DNA of 64,000 nucleotides, from the NCBI GenBank assembly GCA_951406725.2, contig OX597822.1:18290001-18354000 (forward strand), written 5' to 3'. Origin of the DNA: Octopus vulgaris (lineage: Eukaryota). The position numbers and the translations under genes were made by a program. This document shows positions 24,516 through 38,103 of the stretch, piece by piece. Numbering within the stretch: position 1 is the stretch's first letter; each line of letters starts with the position of its first letter. Under the pieces are notes generated by a model, which did no database searches, was not told the origin of the DNA, and worked only from the letters and a program-made list of their open reading frames with translations.

Positions 24516-25821
24516 AAAAGAATATATAATCTAGGATACACTTTGTCTTCACCTTTTGGTTCCAACCTGTCTGAGATGGCCTTTTTTGTTCCTGACACAA
24601 AAATCCTCATTTAAAGTAATCTAAATGAAAATCTTCCCATCAAACCTTTCTGGTAATTTTTGTTCCAATAACAAAGTCATTTTCCTAAATTCTTCATTAT
24701 TTCGAAAATTAAGTAAAACAAATTCAGTGTATTTCAACAGAATTCTGGTAATAAAAAGGTCTTAAAGAGAGATTGATCATGTTTCAGCCATCGTGGATCA
24801 TATATTTCTCAATCAAGGTTGACTCAAGGTTAAACACATTATCTCTTTCTGAATTAAAATTTGAATACAACTTGCACAAGAACAGACCTCATTTATCAAG
24901 AAATATATCTGAAAAATGTTGGATGTGGGCATCCATTTAATAGTGATATTAAGAATCTGCTGAGAATTTTGATTCAGTTTATTGAAATTGAAGTTTCTCT
25001 GATACATGGTTATAAATGAGAATCCTACAGATATTCTGAAAGCTATGAGATTGTTGGAAGCTTACAGAGAACCATAATCTATATAAATTTCATTTTTTTG
25101 TTTTTATATTGTTTTGAAGTGCTTGCTTTTTGAGGTGTTGAAAACTGCATATTGGCAGAATGGAAGGTGCAGTCTTAGAAAAGATGGAAAGAGTTCCATT
25201 GCTTTACATTCTCAGCTACAACCAACCGGATTATGCAACACAACTAGAGATGTAGAGAGAGAGTAAAAAAAAATCAAGCAGTGTCTGTACTGGAAACATT
25301 TTAAAAAGAAGAAAGTCCTTGCACTGGACTCAGCCCACTCTCTAAATAAAGCATACATTTGCCCCAGATGAAGAACTAGTCTACATCATTGGATGCAAAT
25401 GAAGTCATAGAGTTACATCAGAGTTTTTCTTCTCCTACAGAGATGTTTAAACAAAGACCTGGAGTCTCCGACTCCCAGCTGTCAGCCATTGACTCAACTA
25501 ATTCCAGCAAGCCTTTCACAGATTTTGTTTTTCTTCCTGCAGCATGTCCAACAAAAAACCATCTTTCTTACCAGTTGTCTTATCTATAAATGTTGTATCA
25601 ATAATAGATTATTTCGTTGATCTCCTTGTTTTGTTTGCCTGTCACTTGTTGTCTGACAGGTAATATAAACACTGTGTATAATGGACTCACCCCCATAATA
25701 TTAGCCTTACATACAAAGGCCACAGCAGAATATTACTTTCGAATTTTGGCACAAGACCAGCAATTTTGAGGGAGAGGCTAAGTTGATAACATTGACCCCC
25801 AGTACTCAACTGGTACTTAAT

Positions 25822-26798
25822 TTATCTCTTATGATAAAAGGCAGATTTTCTCCGCCTGTTCCCATGTTTCTTTTTAATACAATTCTACAATATAGAATTT
25901 CTTCAATTGGAATTTACCTATGATTTTTCCAAGTAGATTCGATTGGGTCATGGCATATCAAGTTTTTTCGATTTGACCCCCAATTAAGCAAAAATTTGAG
26001 AAAACTCAATATTTTACGATTTGCCTCTCACATTTCAAGTGGTTTACTCCTGCTATTACCACCACACTTTCTCCTACTTTCTCTTTGCAAGTGTGAAACT
26101 ATTAAAGTGAAAGTATTCCCTTATTGTGTGTGTGTGTGTGTGTATTAGCAATTCGTATAAAATTGCATCAATGACTTGAACTTGAATAAGTGGTTTCACA
26201 TAAATGGGGATAAATTAAAAATGTTTGTTGTTATTATTATTACTGTTTGACTATTGTAATCACGTTTGTTGATTCCACGTCAGGGAAACGTTGTTGTGTT
26301 GCATTTGTTAAATAATTGTAAACCGTAACCCTCCCCTTTCGGAGAAGGGGCTTTGGTTATTGTTTCAAAATTGAATTGTGTCCCTGTTTGGGAAAATTGA
26401 CAATATTTTCACCGTCTTTACGGAAGCATTTTTGTTAAAATGCCTTCGATAGAAGAAAGTCCATAACTGAATTTCGCTGCAGCCATACACTTCTATACAA
26501 GAGGGAGGACAAGATCCAATTGATCGAAATTGCAAGAGACGGGCCTACAATTCCAGTCTGTTATAAATTTTGAGTATTGTTATCACTAGCGATATCAAGA
26601 TATAACTTTGTATTTTGTATTTTATGTGTAGATGTATATATATAGATGTACATGTAATATGTACACATATATATACACATATATACATGCATAATATATC
26701 TACCCATACACACATATGCACACACGCACACACATACATAGGGGCAGGTGTGGCTGTGTGGTAACAAACTACGTTCCAAACACATGGTCCTGGGTTCA
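25822..26798 (+). mobile_element. 5' portion of the same Helitron as 53111-56526, in inverted orientation, inserted into a family-B SINE
   Basis: Highly similar to the reverse complement of about 55426-56525. It lacks about 125 bp (56105-56229) and ends inside the captured SINE head. Confidence 0.9.
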
Positions 26799-26878
26799 TG
26801 TACATGTATACATACATCCATCCATACATACATGTGTGTGTGTGTGTGTGTATGTATGTGTATTAATGTGTGTGTGTT

Positions 26879-26960
26879 ATCTCTCTATATAAAGCTGAAG
26901 TTGTCTGTGTGCGCCAGACGAAATACCATTATGTATTTTCCCCCTCTTTCTAAATGGGAG
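26879..26960 (+). mobile_element. Possible isolated Helitron 5' terminus
   Basis: a|tctctctatataaagctgaagttgtctgtgtg resembles TC-start Helitron ends; no matching CTAG end was found. Confidence 0.35.
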
Positions 26961-27349
26961 CAGCCATGACTCACTCTACCCCACCACTTCTCATACTTAA
27001 ACTTCTTATCCTAACCTAAAGACAATCCCTCCTCCTCCCTTGGGATGTGCAGTTTTGCAAACTGCATTTGTAGCCTCACTTGTGTTGGTGGTACAAAAAA
27101 GAAATACTCATTGCTCATTGTCCAGCCATAGGAACCCAATGTAAAGAGTGAAGTACAATGCAGTCCTTGGACCCATCCTTGTCAAACCATCCATTGGAAC
27201 ATGGAGGTTAAATGACGAAGATGCTGGTTATCTTTTTGGAGTCAATGAAATGTGCACCAGCTCAGCACTGGAGTTGTTGTAATTGGCTGGTCCCATGACC
27301 GCCATGCCCCCACATCAAAATTTCAGTCCTTGTGTCTAGACTGGAAAGG

Positions 27350-28440
27350 ATTATTCAAAGTGCAAGAAATCAGACAGGACTCTTTACCCTTCAGGTCGAT
27401 GGCCCTGTTATGTAAGAATGTGTAGACAGAAATTCCATTTGGTGTACCCAGTGCAAGCTATGGACACACAAGAGATGCTGTGGAATAATTGGAGGATTAA
27501 CAGAGAAAATAATATTGACAAGTGGAAGATATATGGGAGCTACGAAATACATGGGGAATTGATTTTCTTAAATGCCCCTGAAGTTCTTTAAAGGTAGTGG
27601 ATAATTTCTGTTACCTAGGGAACCTAATTATCAGTGGAGGAGGATGTACTGAAAGTGTAATTACCAGAATAAGAATAAGCTGGATAAAATTCAGAGAGCT
27701 TTGACCTCTGTTTGTAACCAAATGTCTTTCTCTCCTAGCGAAAGGAAGGGTGCATGATGCATGTATATGAACAGCAATTCTACATGGTAGTGAGACGAGC
27801 ATTCTCTGAATGCAGAGAACATGTGAAGGCTAGAGAGGAATGATGCCAGTATGTACATTGCAAGTGTACCTGTGCAACAGAGTGCTAGAGTGTTGAGAGA
27901 AAAGTTAGGCATATGAGGAATTAAATACGGAGTGCAAGAGAGGAGACTGTTGTGGTTTGGTCACATGATGTTGATGGATAAGGAGAGTTGCATAAAGGAG
28001 TGCTGATCACTCAAAGGGGAACAAAATTGTGGAAAGTGGTGACCCAGGAAGACATGGGACAAAGTAGTGAAGGCCAATCCTATAACGCTGAGCCTTACAA
28101 AAGTGACGATAGAGGACTAAGGTATGTAGTGCATTACTGCACTCAAGAAGACCCACCACAACAGAATTGAGATCCTAAAACCAAAATGCCATGTAAAAAA
28201 CATTGATGTGGGTGCTTGTGCCATGTAAAAAGCTTTGGTACTTGTGCCACATAAAAGGCACCCAGTACACTCCGTGAAGTGCTTGGCATTAGGAAGGGCA
28301 TCCAGCTGTAGAAACCAAGCCAAAACAGACAATGGAACTTGGTGTGGGTGGCCCCTGGCCTTGCCAGCTCCTGTCAAGCTGTCCAAGCCATTCCAGCATG
28401 GAAAACAGATGTTAAATGATGATGATGATTATGATGATGG
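27350..28440 (+). mobile_element. Decayed RTE LINE 3' part
   Basis: PSGRWPC..NSIWCTQCKLWTHKRC, FCYLG and ERRLLWFGHMM, followed by the 3' UTR and (GAT)n tail. Confidence 0.85.
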
Positions 28441-28679
28441 AAAAGATATGTATATTCATCCTTTTTTTATATTATGTCTGCTTTTGTGAGCTGTTATATG
28501 TTGGATAGAAGTCAGGGGATGTTCTATTGTTGGATGCTCTTCCTGATGCCAACCTTTGTCTCTTAGGACATGCAAGATTATGGTGTACATTGTCATAGAA
28601 ACAGAATGACACAGCTAAATCATTTTATCAGTGTGTTTATGTTTACATAAGTGCTTGAATTGGAGAGAATAGAAGTACA

Positions 28680-28715
<36 letters not shown>

Positions 28716-30164
28716 AAATATGCACAAATGTGCATACAATTGCACTTAAATTTATTAATTTCCAAATGGGCCAGTGACTGGCTTGTTTGGAAAATGTTAA
28801 CCCAAGTAAATTTTTGTTATAAAATGCATTATTTCCAAAAAGAATGAAATGGTACTTTGCAGGTTTACCTAACTCTAGGAATTTGAAGATCTTGTTAATA
28901 AGTGAGCCAAAACAAATTACTTATTCTACACATTACCTTTCTGTATATTCTACTCAACAACCTCTTTCTTATTATTGTTTTAAGCGCAGACTTCTAATAC
29001 TTCCAAATATTATGAAAAAATGATTATCTCCCTTGTACTTACTGTCCACTAGAGGACACCATGTGTTTACAATAAATTAAGTAATTTATTTAAAGGCAGT
29101 GCCCCAGTATGGCCACAGTCTAATGACTGAAACAGGTAAAAGATAAATGATAAATATATGAAATGCAATGTAAGACAATTAAACATTACAAAACAATCAA
29201 CATTCTGTTAATTCATTAGCATTCTGATTATTTTGATCTCACAAATTTGTTTGTTGAGTAAAAGTTGTTTCTGCATTGAGTCTGCTAACGTCACACCTGA
29301 CCATTAAATGGAGGTGTGAGAAAAGAGGGTTTTTTTTTTATTTAAAAAGATTTATTTAATGTTTATATTTCATACACTACTGAGCAAAAGCTAAAATAAA
29401 ATGGATAAGTCTTCAATTAATAGCTTTAAGAAAATTAGGCTTTTATTAACATTAAAAAAAAAATGATTAGATTATTGAAATAAAAGAATGAAAATAGAAA
29501 GACAACCTTTATAAGTCACATGGCAGAAATGGTTTCAAATTCACACTTATTTACATAGATACACTCATACATTTAATATATACACACAGACACTTTGTTT
29601 TAAATGGTATTTTTTTAAAAGTAAATACAAATTCAAACACTCTTATACACATGCACACACATACACAAATGCATAGAAACATACTGACACACTTTAAACT
29701 CTAAATCAGTGTGCTTATATTTACACATGCACACATGCATTTGAAAGAACACACACACACACACAAAACAAACACAAACATGCATACAAAATGCAGAGAA
29801 ACACAGATTTCTATTTACCAGTTTTTAAATGTTCGAAGTTAATGCTTTAGAAATTTGCAAACAATTTCAAGTCGACACTCATCTGTATCAGAATGAAATT
29901 TATCAAATTTATTTTGAAACCATAATAGAGATATTTATTGATGAAATATTCAAAGTTTTGCTTTTAATTAAATCAAAATTCTCTAAAGGAATATTAACAA
30001 ATACTGGTTCCTTGTTCCTTCATAATTTTATATCAGATTAAATGCAGCATTGAATGGAAGCAAAGTTTTAGCAAATTCAATGTAGTTATTGAGTGATAAA
30101 AGAATTCTGAAAAAAATAATAAAAACCTTCTGTGAAAATGACACACCAAATTCCCTTTGTGTGT

Positions 30165-30210
<46 letters not shown>

Positions 30211-32492
30211 ATGTGTGTGTGGCGTGTGTGTGTGTGTATCCGTGTCTGTGTCCCTCTTTCATTCCATTGTTTACTCTAAGAATTTAAAAAGAATAGACTA
30301 AGTTCCTGGCAAGTTTTATGCTGAAGATAGTATTGTTTCTGTCATAATAAATGTTGAATGAACCATTATTTTTAATAAACCAACCTGGCTACTTTGAGAC
30401 CAAAGAAGATCATTTATTTATTTAGTTATCTGTCGTCACCACCACCACCACTACCACTCCACCATCACCACCATCATCATCATCATCATTATCATAATCA
30501 TATCATAATCATCATGTTCTAGTAAGGAAACATGCCCTTTAATTAAAGAGTTTGTGATTAGATAGTCAGTCATATCATCATTGTTATCATCATCATCATC
30601 ATCATCACATAACACCCACTTTTCCATACTTGCAAGGGTCAAATGGAGTTCGTTGAGGCAAATGTTGTTGAATGCCTTTCCTGTCACCAACCCTCATCAG
30701 TCTCCATACAAGGTAATATTTTCCTGTTGCCAGACATGATTTTTCCTTGCAAACTAGATATGATCAGCCTCACCTAATATAAAGATGATGTTCAATTACA
30801 ACCAACATAGGATGTCTAGACACGAGTACACACATGTGCATTCACACATACACACAAACACACACACACACACATCTTTATGGTGAGCTTCTTTCAGTTT
30901 CTACCTTCTAAATCTACTCGTAAGCAATTGGTTGGCCCAAGGTTATAGAAGGAGACACTTGTCCAAGGCGGTGTGCAGTGGGACTGAACCCATATGGTTG
31001 GGAATCAAGCTTCTGAACAACATGGTCATACTTGTGCTTATTATATATTTATTTAATGTAGTTTTCAGTTATGGCCAGTCAGGGAGTTACTATTGGTTTC
31101 ACACCTACAATGCTCTTAGAGATATAGGCAACCTGTCAGAACTGCTGGTTTGAGGCACATAACCTCTCCACAAACGGAGGTGGGATTGCAATCTTGATTA
31201 GTCACAGTTGTTGAAAAAAAAAAACACAAAATGAAATTCTAATAAGTGACATCCTTTCTGAGCAAGGTGGAAATATCTCCCTCTGACTGGTTACAGTCAA
31301 GTCATACTGAATGAATGAGACTTTTGTTTATTTACAAAGATTATGCAACATATCTTGATGAGAGGTAATATACACTCACTCACATATCCCCCCACCGCCA
31401 TACACATACACACACACATGTGCAATGAGCTTCACTTTCGATCTTCTAAACACACTTATAAATTTTGGTCAGCACAGGGGTCTAATAGAAGATACTTGCC
31501 TAAGGAACTAAGCCGTGCGACTGAACCCAAAAGCACATAGTTGGAAAGCAAACTTGTTTGAAAAGACAACCATACTTGCATTTGTTCTTGTGGAAAATAA
31601 CTGGTTGAGCTGCATAAAATTTGTCTTGAAAAATGCAGTCTTATAAGATGCTAATTAACTTCAATGATGTCTTCCAACATAAAAATAATGTCCAGCACTA
31701 TTTCCATCAACTTGAAAGATTCCACAAAACCCAGCAGAGGTGCTGATGGTAATAGGTTCTTCTTTAACTAGTTTCAGTGGAGAGTAGCCATACTGGGGCC
31801 TTCAAGAAAATAATTGATAACATCAACCCAGCATTTGCCTGGAACTTAATTTGAATAGCCTGAAAAGTGAAGTTGAATAAGTTGCCATTGTTTGTCCCTA
31901 CTAGTCAAAAGAGTAAATTATTAATTCATATCTGTCACCTGTATTATGGTGTACCTGGGGAAAAGCACTTAACTCCAATCAGTACATAATTGTGTCCATA
32001 TAATTTTCTAGCAGGTTGAGCAATCATAGAGAAGCTCCCATGTTGGTTTCTCAGAGAAAATTTAACCGTTTTGCCAACTGTATTTCTTATGAAATATGTT
32101 GTCCATATATTTCAAGAAATTTTGAATAGACTTAAGAATTTTTGATGGTTTTGTAAACTAACTTTTCCTTATTTAGCTTTTATTTTGAATGATGACATGG
32201 GAGAATTGTTAATAGCAGAAAAATGCTTAGCCATGTTTAGTTACTGTTCTATATACTGTGAGTTCAATTCTTACAGTGGTCAACAAGGCTTTTTATCCTT
32301 TTAGGGCCATTAAAATAAAGTACTTGTCAAATGCTAGAGTTTATATCATTCATTAACCCCATTGCTCAAAAATTGCTGTCCTTCAACCTTAATTAAAAAG
32401 AATTATGAATAATATTGACAGGGGCTGCGAAGTTTTGGCCGTCACAAGGATTGAAATGGTTTTATAAAGCTGTTAGGTATATCATCATATAT

Positions 32493-32493
<1 letters not shown>

Positions 32494-32559
<66 letters not shown>

Positions 32560-32562
32560 GTA

Positions 32563-32620
<58 letters not shown>
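32494..32620. repeat. (TA)n microsatellite
   Basis: Direct reading. Confidence 0.95.
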
Positions 32621-32625
<5 letters not shown>

Positions 32626-33108
32626 AATTTGTAAACCCACCTGAAGGCTGTAAATTTCATAGGAGAGCAACCACATAGGTCTTTTTATAATAATAATATA
32701 GGCTCCAATTAAAGTGACTAAATCTAAACATTTTGACTGATAAAAGAGGGGCTGAACCACTGGGAATTGAACACAACATCAATGCTTACATGACTCCGCA
32801 CGCACTCAACCCAGCTACATAGCCTACCCATCAAATTATTATAAAAAAGACTTATGTGGTTGTTCACCTTCAAAATTTCCACCCTTCGAGTATGTTACAA
32901 ATTTATAACTATATATTCTAGACTGAAAATATCTATACATTAAAATTGACTGAAATTGATGGGTGGGCTATGTCGCTGAGTTGAGTGTGTAGGGAGCCAT
33001 GTAAGAATTGATGTCATGTTCAATTCACTGTGGTTCAGCCCATCATTTTTTGGTCAAAATATTTAGATTCAGTCGTTTTAATTGGAGCCTATATCATTAT
33101 TATGAAAA
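32621..33108. repeat. Interlocked inverted repeats A-B-A'-B'
   Basis: A (32621-32692) pairs with 32836-32908; B (32690-32834) pairs with 32956-33108. Confidence 0.8.
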
Positions 33109-33672
33109 ATAATATATAATTACATTTATTATATATATATATGATGATTGCTTCATCTTGAGAGATAATAGTTATCGCATCAACACACACACCACACCCC
33201 ATCACACAGTACAACCACTCCATTGATGAGCCCTATGTTACTGCTATTAACAATATCAATGCCCCAGCATGGCCGCGGCCTTCGGGCTAAAACATTTTTA
33301 AGGATTTAAGGATAGATGGTACTAACAATAGCAACATGTAAACATTCAAATGTTTTTACTTGTATACATATAGTTTCAGCAAAATTTAGATTCAGTTGAA
33401 TATGGTACTTAAAGTTAAAGGCACCAGAATTCGGTATGGTATTATCCATATAATCCAAAATGGGGTGATTACAATCAAAATAAGCAACAAGGATATCCAG
33501 AGGTTATCCTTGTTGCTTATTTTGATATTATATATATATATATACATACATATATATATCTATCTATCTATATATATATATATATATACATACATACACA
33601 CACACACAAACATATGTATATATATATGTACATGCAAACACGCACACATACACACATATATACATATACACA

Positions 33673-33905
33673 CAGGGATGGCCATAAGTCACCCGACAGT
33701 AAACCAAAACCATTTAATTCCAAGATCTATTTATGTTTAACAACTGAATGAATTTAATAAAAGCATCTAAATATGAAACATCACGAAAGTTGTTCAAACT
33801 GAAGTCCTTCTTAAGCGACATATTTTCCCATTCCAGTCAATACAGAATTACAGATAGTATTTGTGGAATTTTGATTTATTGTCAGGTGGCTTTTGGCCAA
33901 CCCTG
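33673..33905. mobile_element. Tc1/mariner-type MITE, 233 bp
   Basis: TIRs cagggatggccataagtcacccgacagtaaaccaaaa and ttttgatttattgtcaggtggcttttggccaaccctg, with TA on the right flank. Confidence 0.8.
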
Positions 33906-34024
33906 TATATATAACTGCTCTACAGTATAAAGCAGAGCATATGTAGGGAGACCTTCAACTAACAATAAATGCATTTCACGCTTTCTCTTCTCCCACAAAA
34001 GAAGAATCTTTAGAAATAATAATA

Positions 34025-34065
<41 letters not shown>

Positions 34066-34873
34066 AATAAATGAATAAATAAAATAAAAGAATAAGTAAC
34101 ACACAAAAATGCCCAAGTACTTCAGATTTTTCTTCTATTTGATGTTATTCTTTACTTTTCAATTTCTTTCTTCAGCCATAATAGCTTTCACTATCACCAC
34201 CACCACCAACATCAGAGTCTTTCTCAGTAACCACACCATCATCCTCACCATTGCCACAACGACTTCCCTACCATTGCTACCCCTCCAGCGACACCATCAT
34301 CTCCTCCACCATCATTCCACCATACACATATCCATTTTTTCTACTCTCTGTTGGTCATCAATAAAATATAATTCTACGTGCTTTGATATACGGCTTCCCT
34401 TCTGTCGGTCGAGCTGTGATGGATGCAGTGTGATGCATGGTGCTGCGAGTGAAGAAGGCCGAGCCAAAACCATTCATTTCACACACACCTCAACTTAGGC
34501 ACACATGTCTACACACTTAAACATTTCTGCATGCCCACAGACACACACATTCACATGTATATGTGCATGTGCAAGTGCTTTTGTGTGTGTGTGTGTGAGA
34601 GTGTTGGTAAATATATATATACATATATATCATCATCATTGTTTAACATCCGCTTTCCATGCTGGCATGAGTTGGACGGTTTGACTGAGGACTGGCGAGC
34701 CAGATGGCTGCACCAGGCTCCAATCTGATCTGGCAAAGTTTCTACAGCTGGATGCCCTTCCTAACACTAACCATTTATATATACATATAAACATATACAC
34801 AAACACACAATATATATATATATATATGATTAAATAAATATGTATATATATGTATATACCTATATATACATAC

Positions 34874-34926
<53 letters not shown>

Positions 34927-35129
34927 TAAATCCCCAAAAAGAAGATGAACAAATGCAAAAAAACACAACATTGTGAGTGCATGGTACATATAAAGTATTA
35001 GCCGATGCTCAGAGAAGGAAAGAATGATGGTTTAACATTTTGAGCAATGCTCTTCTTCAGAAACAGAGGGAAATACAATAGAAATGAAGATGGAGGAAGA
35101 AAACCACTGATTCACATGTGGTTACAGAT

Positions 35130-35160
<31 letters not shown>

Positions 35161-35165
<5 letters not shown>

Positions 35166-35337
35166 TTTATTTAAAGCAGCAGAAAATTCAACAAAACCTG
35201 TTACTCTGAGTTTCGCGAAACTCAGAGTAACAGGTTTTGTTGAATTTTCTACTGCTTTAAATAAAGCATATTACTCTACCACTGGTATTTGAGTACTCTT
35301 TTCTCCACCCTGTTTCACATTTATGTGTTTACTCCGG
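35161..35337. repeat. Spacerless 110-bp palindrome (35161-35270) plus 3' tail; probable inverted Penelope pseudo-LTR junction
   Basis: 55-bp arms with 2 mismatches centred on tttcg|cgaaa, embedded in (TA)n. Confidence 0.85.
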
Positions 35338-35949
35338 TATATATATATGTATATATATATATATATATATGGATGTTTGTGTGTACATATAAATATATAT
35401 ACATATGTATATATATCTCTGGGTGTGTATATACATACATTATGTGTGTGTGAAAGTAAAACTAAATAACAAAGCAACAACATAAACACTGAATTTTAAT
35501 AAATAAATTTATAAATAAATAAATAACGAACAAAGTAAATAAATAAACTGGTACACCTCTTGAAATTCTATCATAAATAGTTCATTATTTTCAGTCATAA
35601 ATTTAAAATTTCTGGAATGAGAGAAAATATGAAACCCACCCAGTCACAACTGAAGACTTTACATCAAGTCCAGATTGTTTGGCTTTTTCGTCTTCTATTT
35701 TTTGTCTTTTTTAAAGGAAAGTAATATTTGTGTTTTTGCTTACATCAGTTTCACAAATCATTTTTTTCAATCTGCAAAGAAATGGCTAAAATTTACCCTG
35801 TTTATAATTTTATATACCATATGTTACACACACACACACACACATATATATTATTGGTGAAGGCCTGTTTGTTGGGTTACCCTGGGTTTCTTGCAATAAA
35901 AAGCATCTTTATGGTCTCTTTAAAGTATGGAGGGGGAAACGAACTGTAT

Positions 35950-36690
35950 ATAAACAATAGGAGTTATCTCCCTCTGGTGGTCATTGGCTTCCAGCTATGC
36001 CATCCTCTTTCAGCTATGCCACCAGTCATCTGTGAGGGTAGAAGATAGAGGGTTGCCAGCAAAACACTAATAGGAATTTCCTGAAATGTGAGCACAGCCT
36101 GAAAATCTGTTCTGGAGTTTTGTATGTTCCCTGGTACATGCAAGTTTTTCAGGATTTCCATGCATTCGGCTATGCATAGCCTGCAGTGTTTTGTTCCATT
36201 TATGTAAAGACTTGGACGGTGGAGGACTTTCCATGATATTGAGTATGGAATTCCATCTTCCTTCAGTTGCCAGATATGGCTGGCCAGCGATGTTTCATAC
36301 CTCCTTTCTGGGACTCTGAAGGAGGACCTATAGTTGGAGAGATGTTTCTTGGAGGAAGTTCCTGCACTTCTGATGTATGTCCTTGGATGCATTGAGTTGG
36401 TGCTGTGCCTATGATTGCTGATATTGTTGCAGCTATCACTGCTGCTGTTGTCAGTGTTGCTGTTGTTACTGCAGTTGAGTTTGTAGTTCTCAATGTTGCT
36501 GCTGTCAGTGTCACTGTTGTTGCTGTTGCTGCCTCCAACACCAACCTTACCAATAGAAGACAGGACAACATACCCACTGACAGCTCTCTTTCCAGCAGTG
36601 TCAAGTCAAACTATATTGGCGGCAGCACCAAAGCAGCAGGAGTGCCCCTAACAGGTGCACTGGCATAGATGGGAATAATAGTAGCCCTGT
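35950..36690 (-). mobile_element. Penelope-like element GIY-YIG endonuclease remnant
   Basis: TYIRSAGTSSKKHLSNYRSSF..YETSLASHIWQLKEDGIPYSISWKVL..Y..GTKHCRLCIAECMEI matches the YIG..NHxxSF..TxLSxHIWxLK..CxLCxxEK pattern of PLE endonucleases. Confidence 0.75.
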
Positions 36691-37005
36691 CAACAAGAAT
36701 TGTACCTACACCCCTTTAAAGGTGGTGCCTCAGTATAGTCGCAGTCTAATGATTGAAAATAAGTAAAAAAAAGGAAATAAAGATATATATATATATAGAT
36801 ATCACATATATAATGCTGTGTGGTAAGAGGGTTCTTTCAAACTGCCTAACTTCAGGTATAGTCTTACTACGTGGCATTTCAGCAAGTGTCTCTTCTACTA
36901 TAGTCCCAGGTCCTACCCTTGTGAGAAGAATAGAGAAGAGGACATTACAATGATGATAATGCATGTGCCATACACATATATCATATATATATATATATAT
37001 ATATA

Positions 37006-37222
37006 GGAGGCGCAATGGCCCAGTGGTTACGGCAGCGGACTTGCGGTCGGAGGATCGCGGTTTCGATTCCCAGACCGGGCGTTGTGTGTGTTTATTGAGC
37101 GAAAACACCTAAAAGCTCCACGAGGCTCCGGCAGGGGATGGTGGTGATCCCTGCTGTACTCTTTCACCACTCTAAAAGGCGGTGCTCCAGCATGGCCGCA
37201 GTCAAATGACTGAAACAAGTAC

Positions 37223-37251
<29 letters not shown>
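37006..37251 (+). mobile_element. Chimeric young SINE: distinct tRNA-like head fused to the family-A 3' tail and poly(A)
   Basis: A box tggcccagtgg and B box gtttcgattcc. From about 37173, aaaggcggtgctccagcatggccgcagtcaaatgactgaaacaa matches 9703-9746; an A-run of about 29 nt follows. Confidence 0.8.
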
Positions 37252-37320
<69 letters not shown>

Positions 37321-37364
37321 TATATGTCATATATATATATGTCATATATATATATATATATGTC

Positions 37365-37421
<57 letters not shown>

Positions 37422-38008
37422 TATATGTCATATATATATATATATATATGTCATATATATATATATATGTCATATATATATATATATATGTCATATATAT
37501 ATATATATATGTTATATATATATATATATATGTCATATACATATGTATGTATTTATGTATATATGGATGCGCGTGTGTGTGTGTATGTGTATGCATATGT
37601 ATAAACATATGTATACATTTATGCATGTATGTACTTATGTATATATAGATGCGTGTGTGTGTGTGTATGTGTATGCATGTGTGTATGTATATGTATGTGT
37701 ATATATGTATATATATACATGTGTGTATATATGTGTATGTGTATGTATGTGTATATGTGTATGGGTATATATGTGTATATGCATGTATGTATGTGTATGT
37801 GTGTACATGTATGGACTTGTTGGGTTTCTTTTTTATATATGTAGATAGATGTGTGTGCGTGTGTATTAGTATGTGCATGTGTATATATATGTGTATGTAT
37901 ATGTATAGATATATGGATGTATGGGTATGTAGGTATGTATATGACTGGTGTAAGTATATATGTGTGTATGTATATGTAGGTATATGCGTACGTGTATGTG
38001 TATATGTA

Positions 38009-38047
<39 letters not shown>

Positions 38048-38103
38048 ATATATATATATGTGTATGTATGTGTATATGTATATATATATATATGTATATA
38101 TAT
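37252..38103. repeat. Compound (TA)n/(TG)n field; continues at 38805-39290 and 39457-40000
   Basis: Direct reading; source of the YIYI/CVCV ORFs. Confidence 0.95.

Noticed and set aside
25130-25560. Possible CR1-like LINE relic (WNS-like motif on the minus strand)
   Set aside because: Only one weak motif, too decayed to support a call.
33215-33350. Hammerhead-like (ttgatgag..long stem..taaac) split by a short SINE-like tail
   Set aside because: Both core boxes are mutated and no stem I can be formed.
37006-37080. tRNA gene
   Set aside because: A and B boxes are present, but the acceptor and anticodon stems do not pair and the sequence continues into a SINE body.
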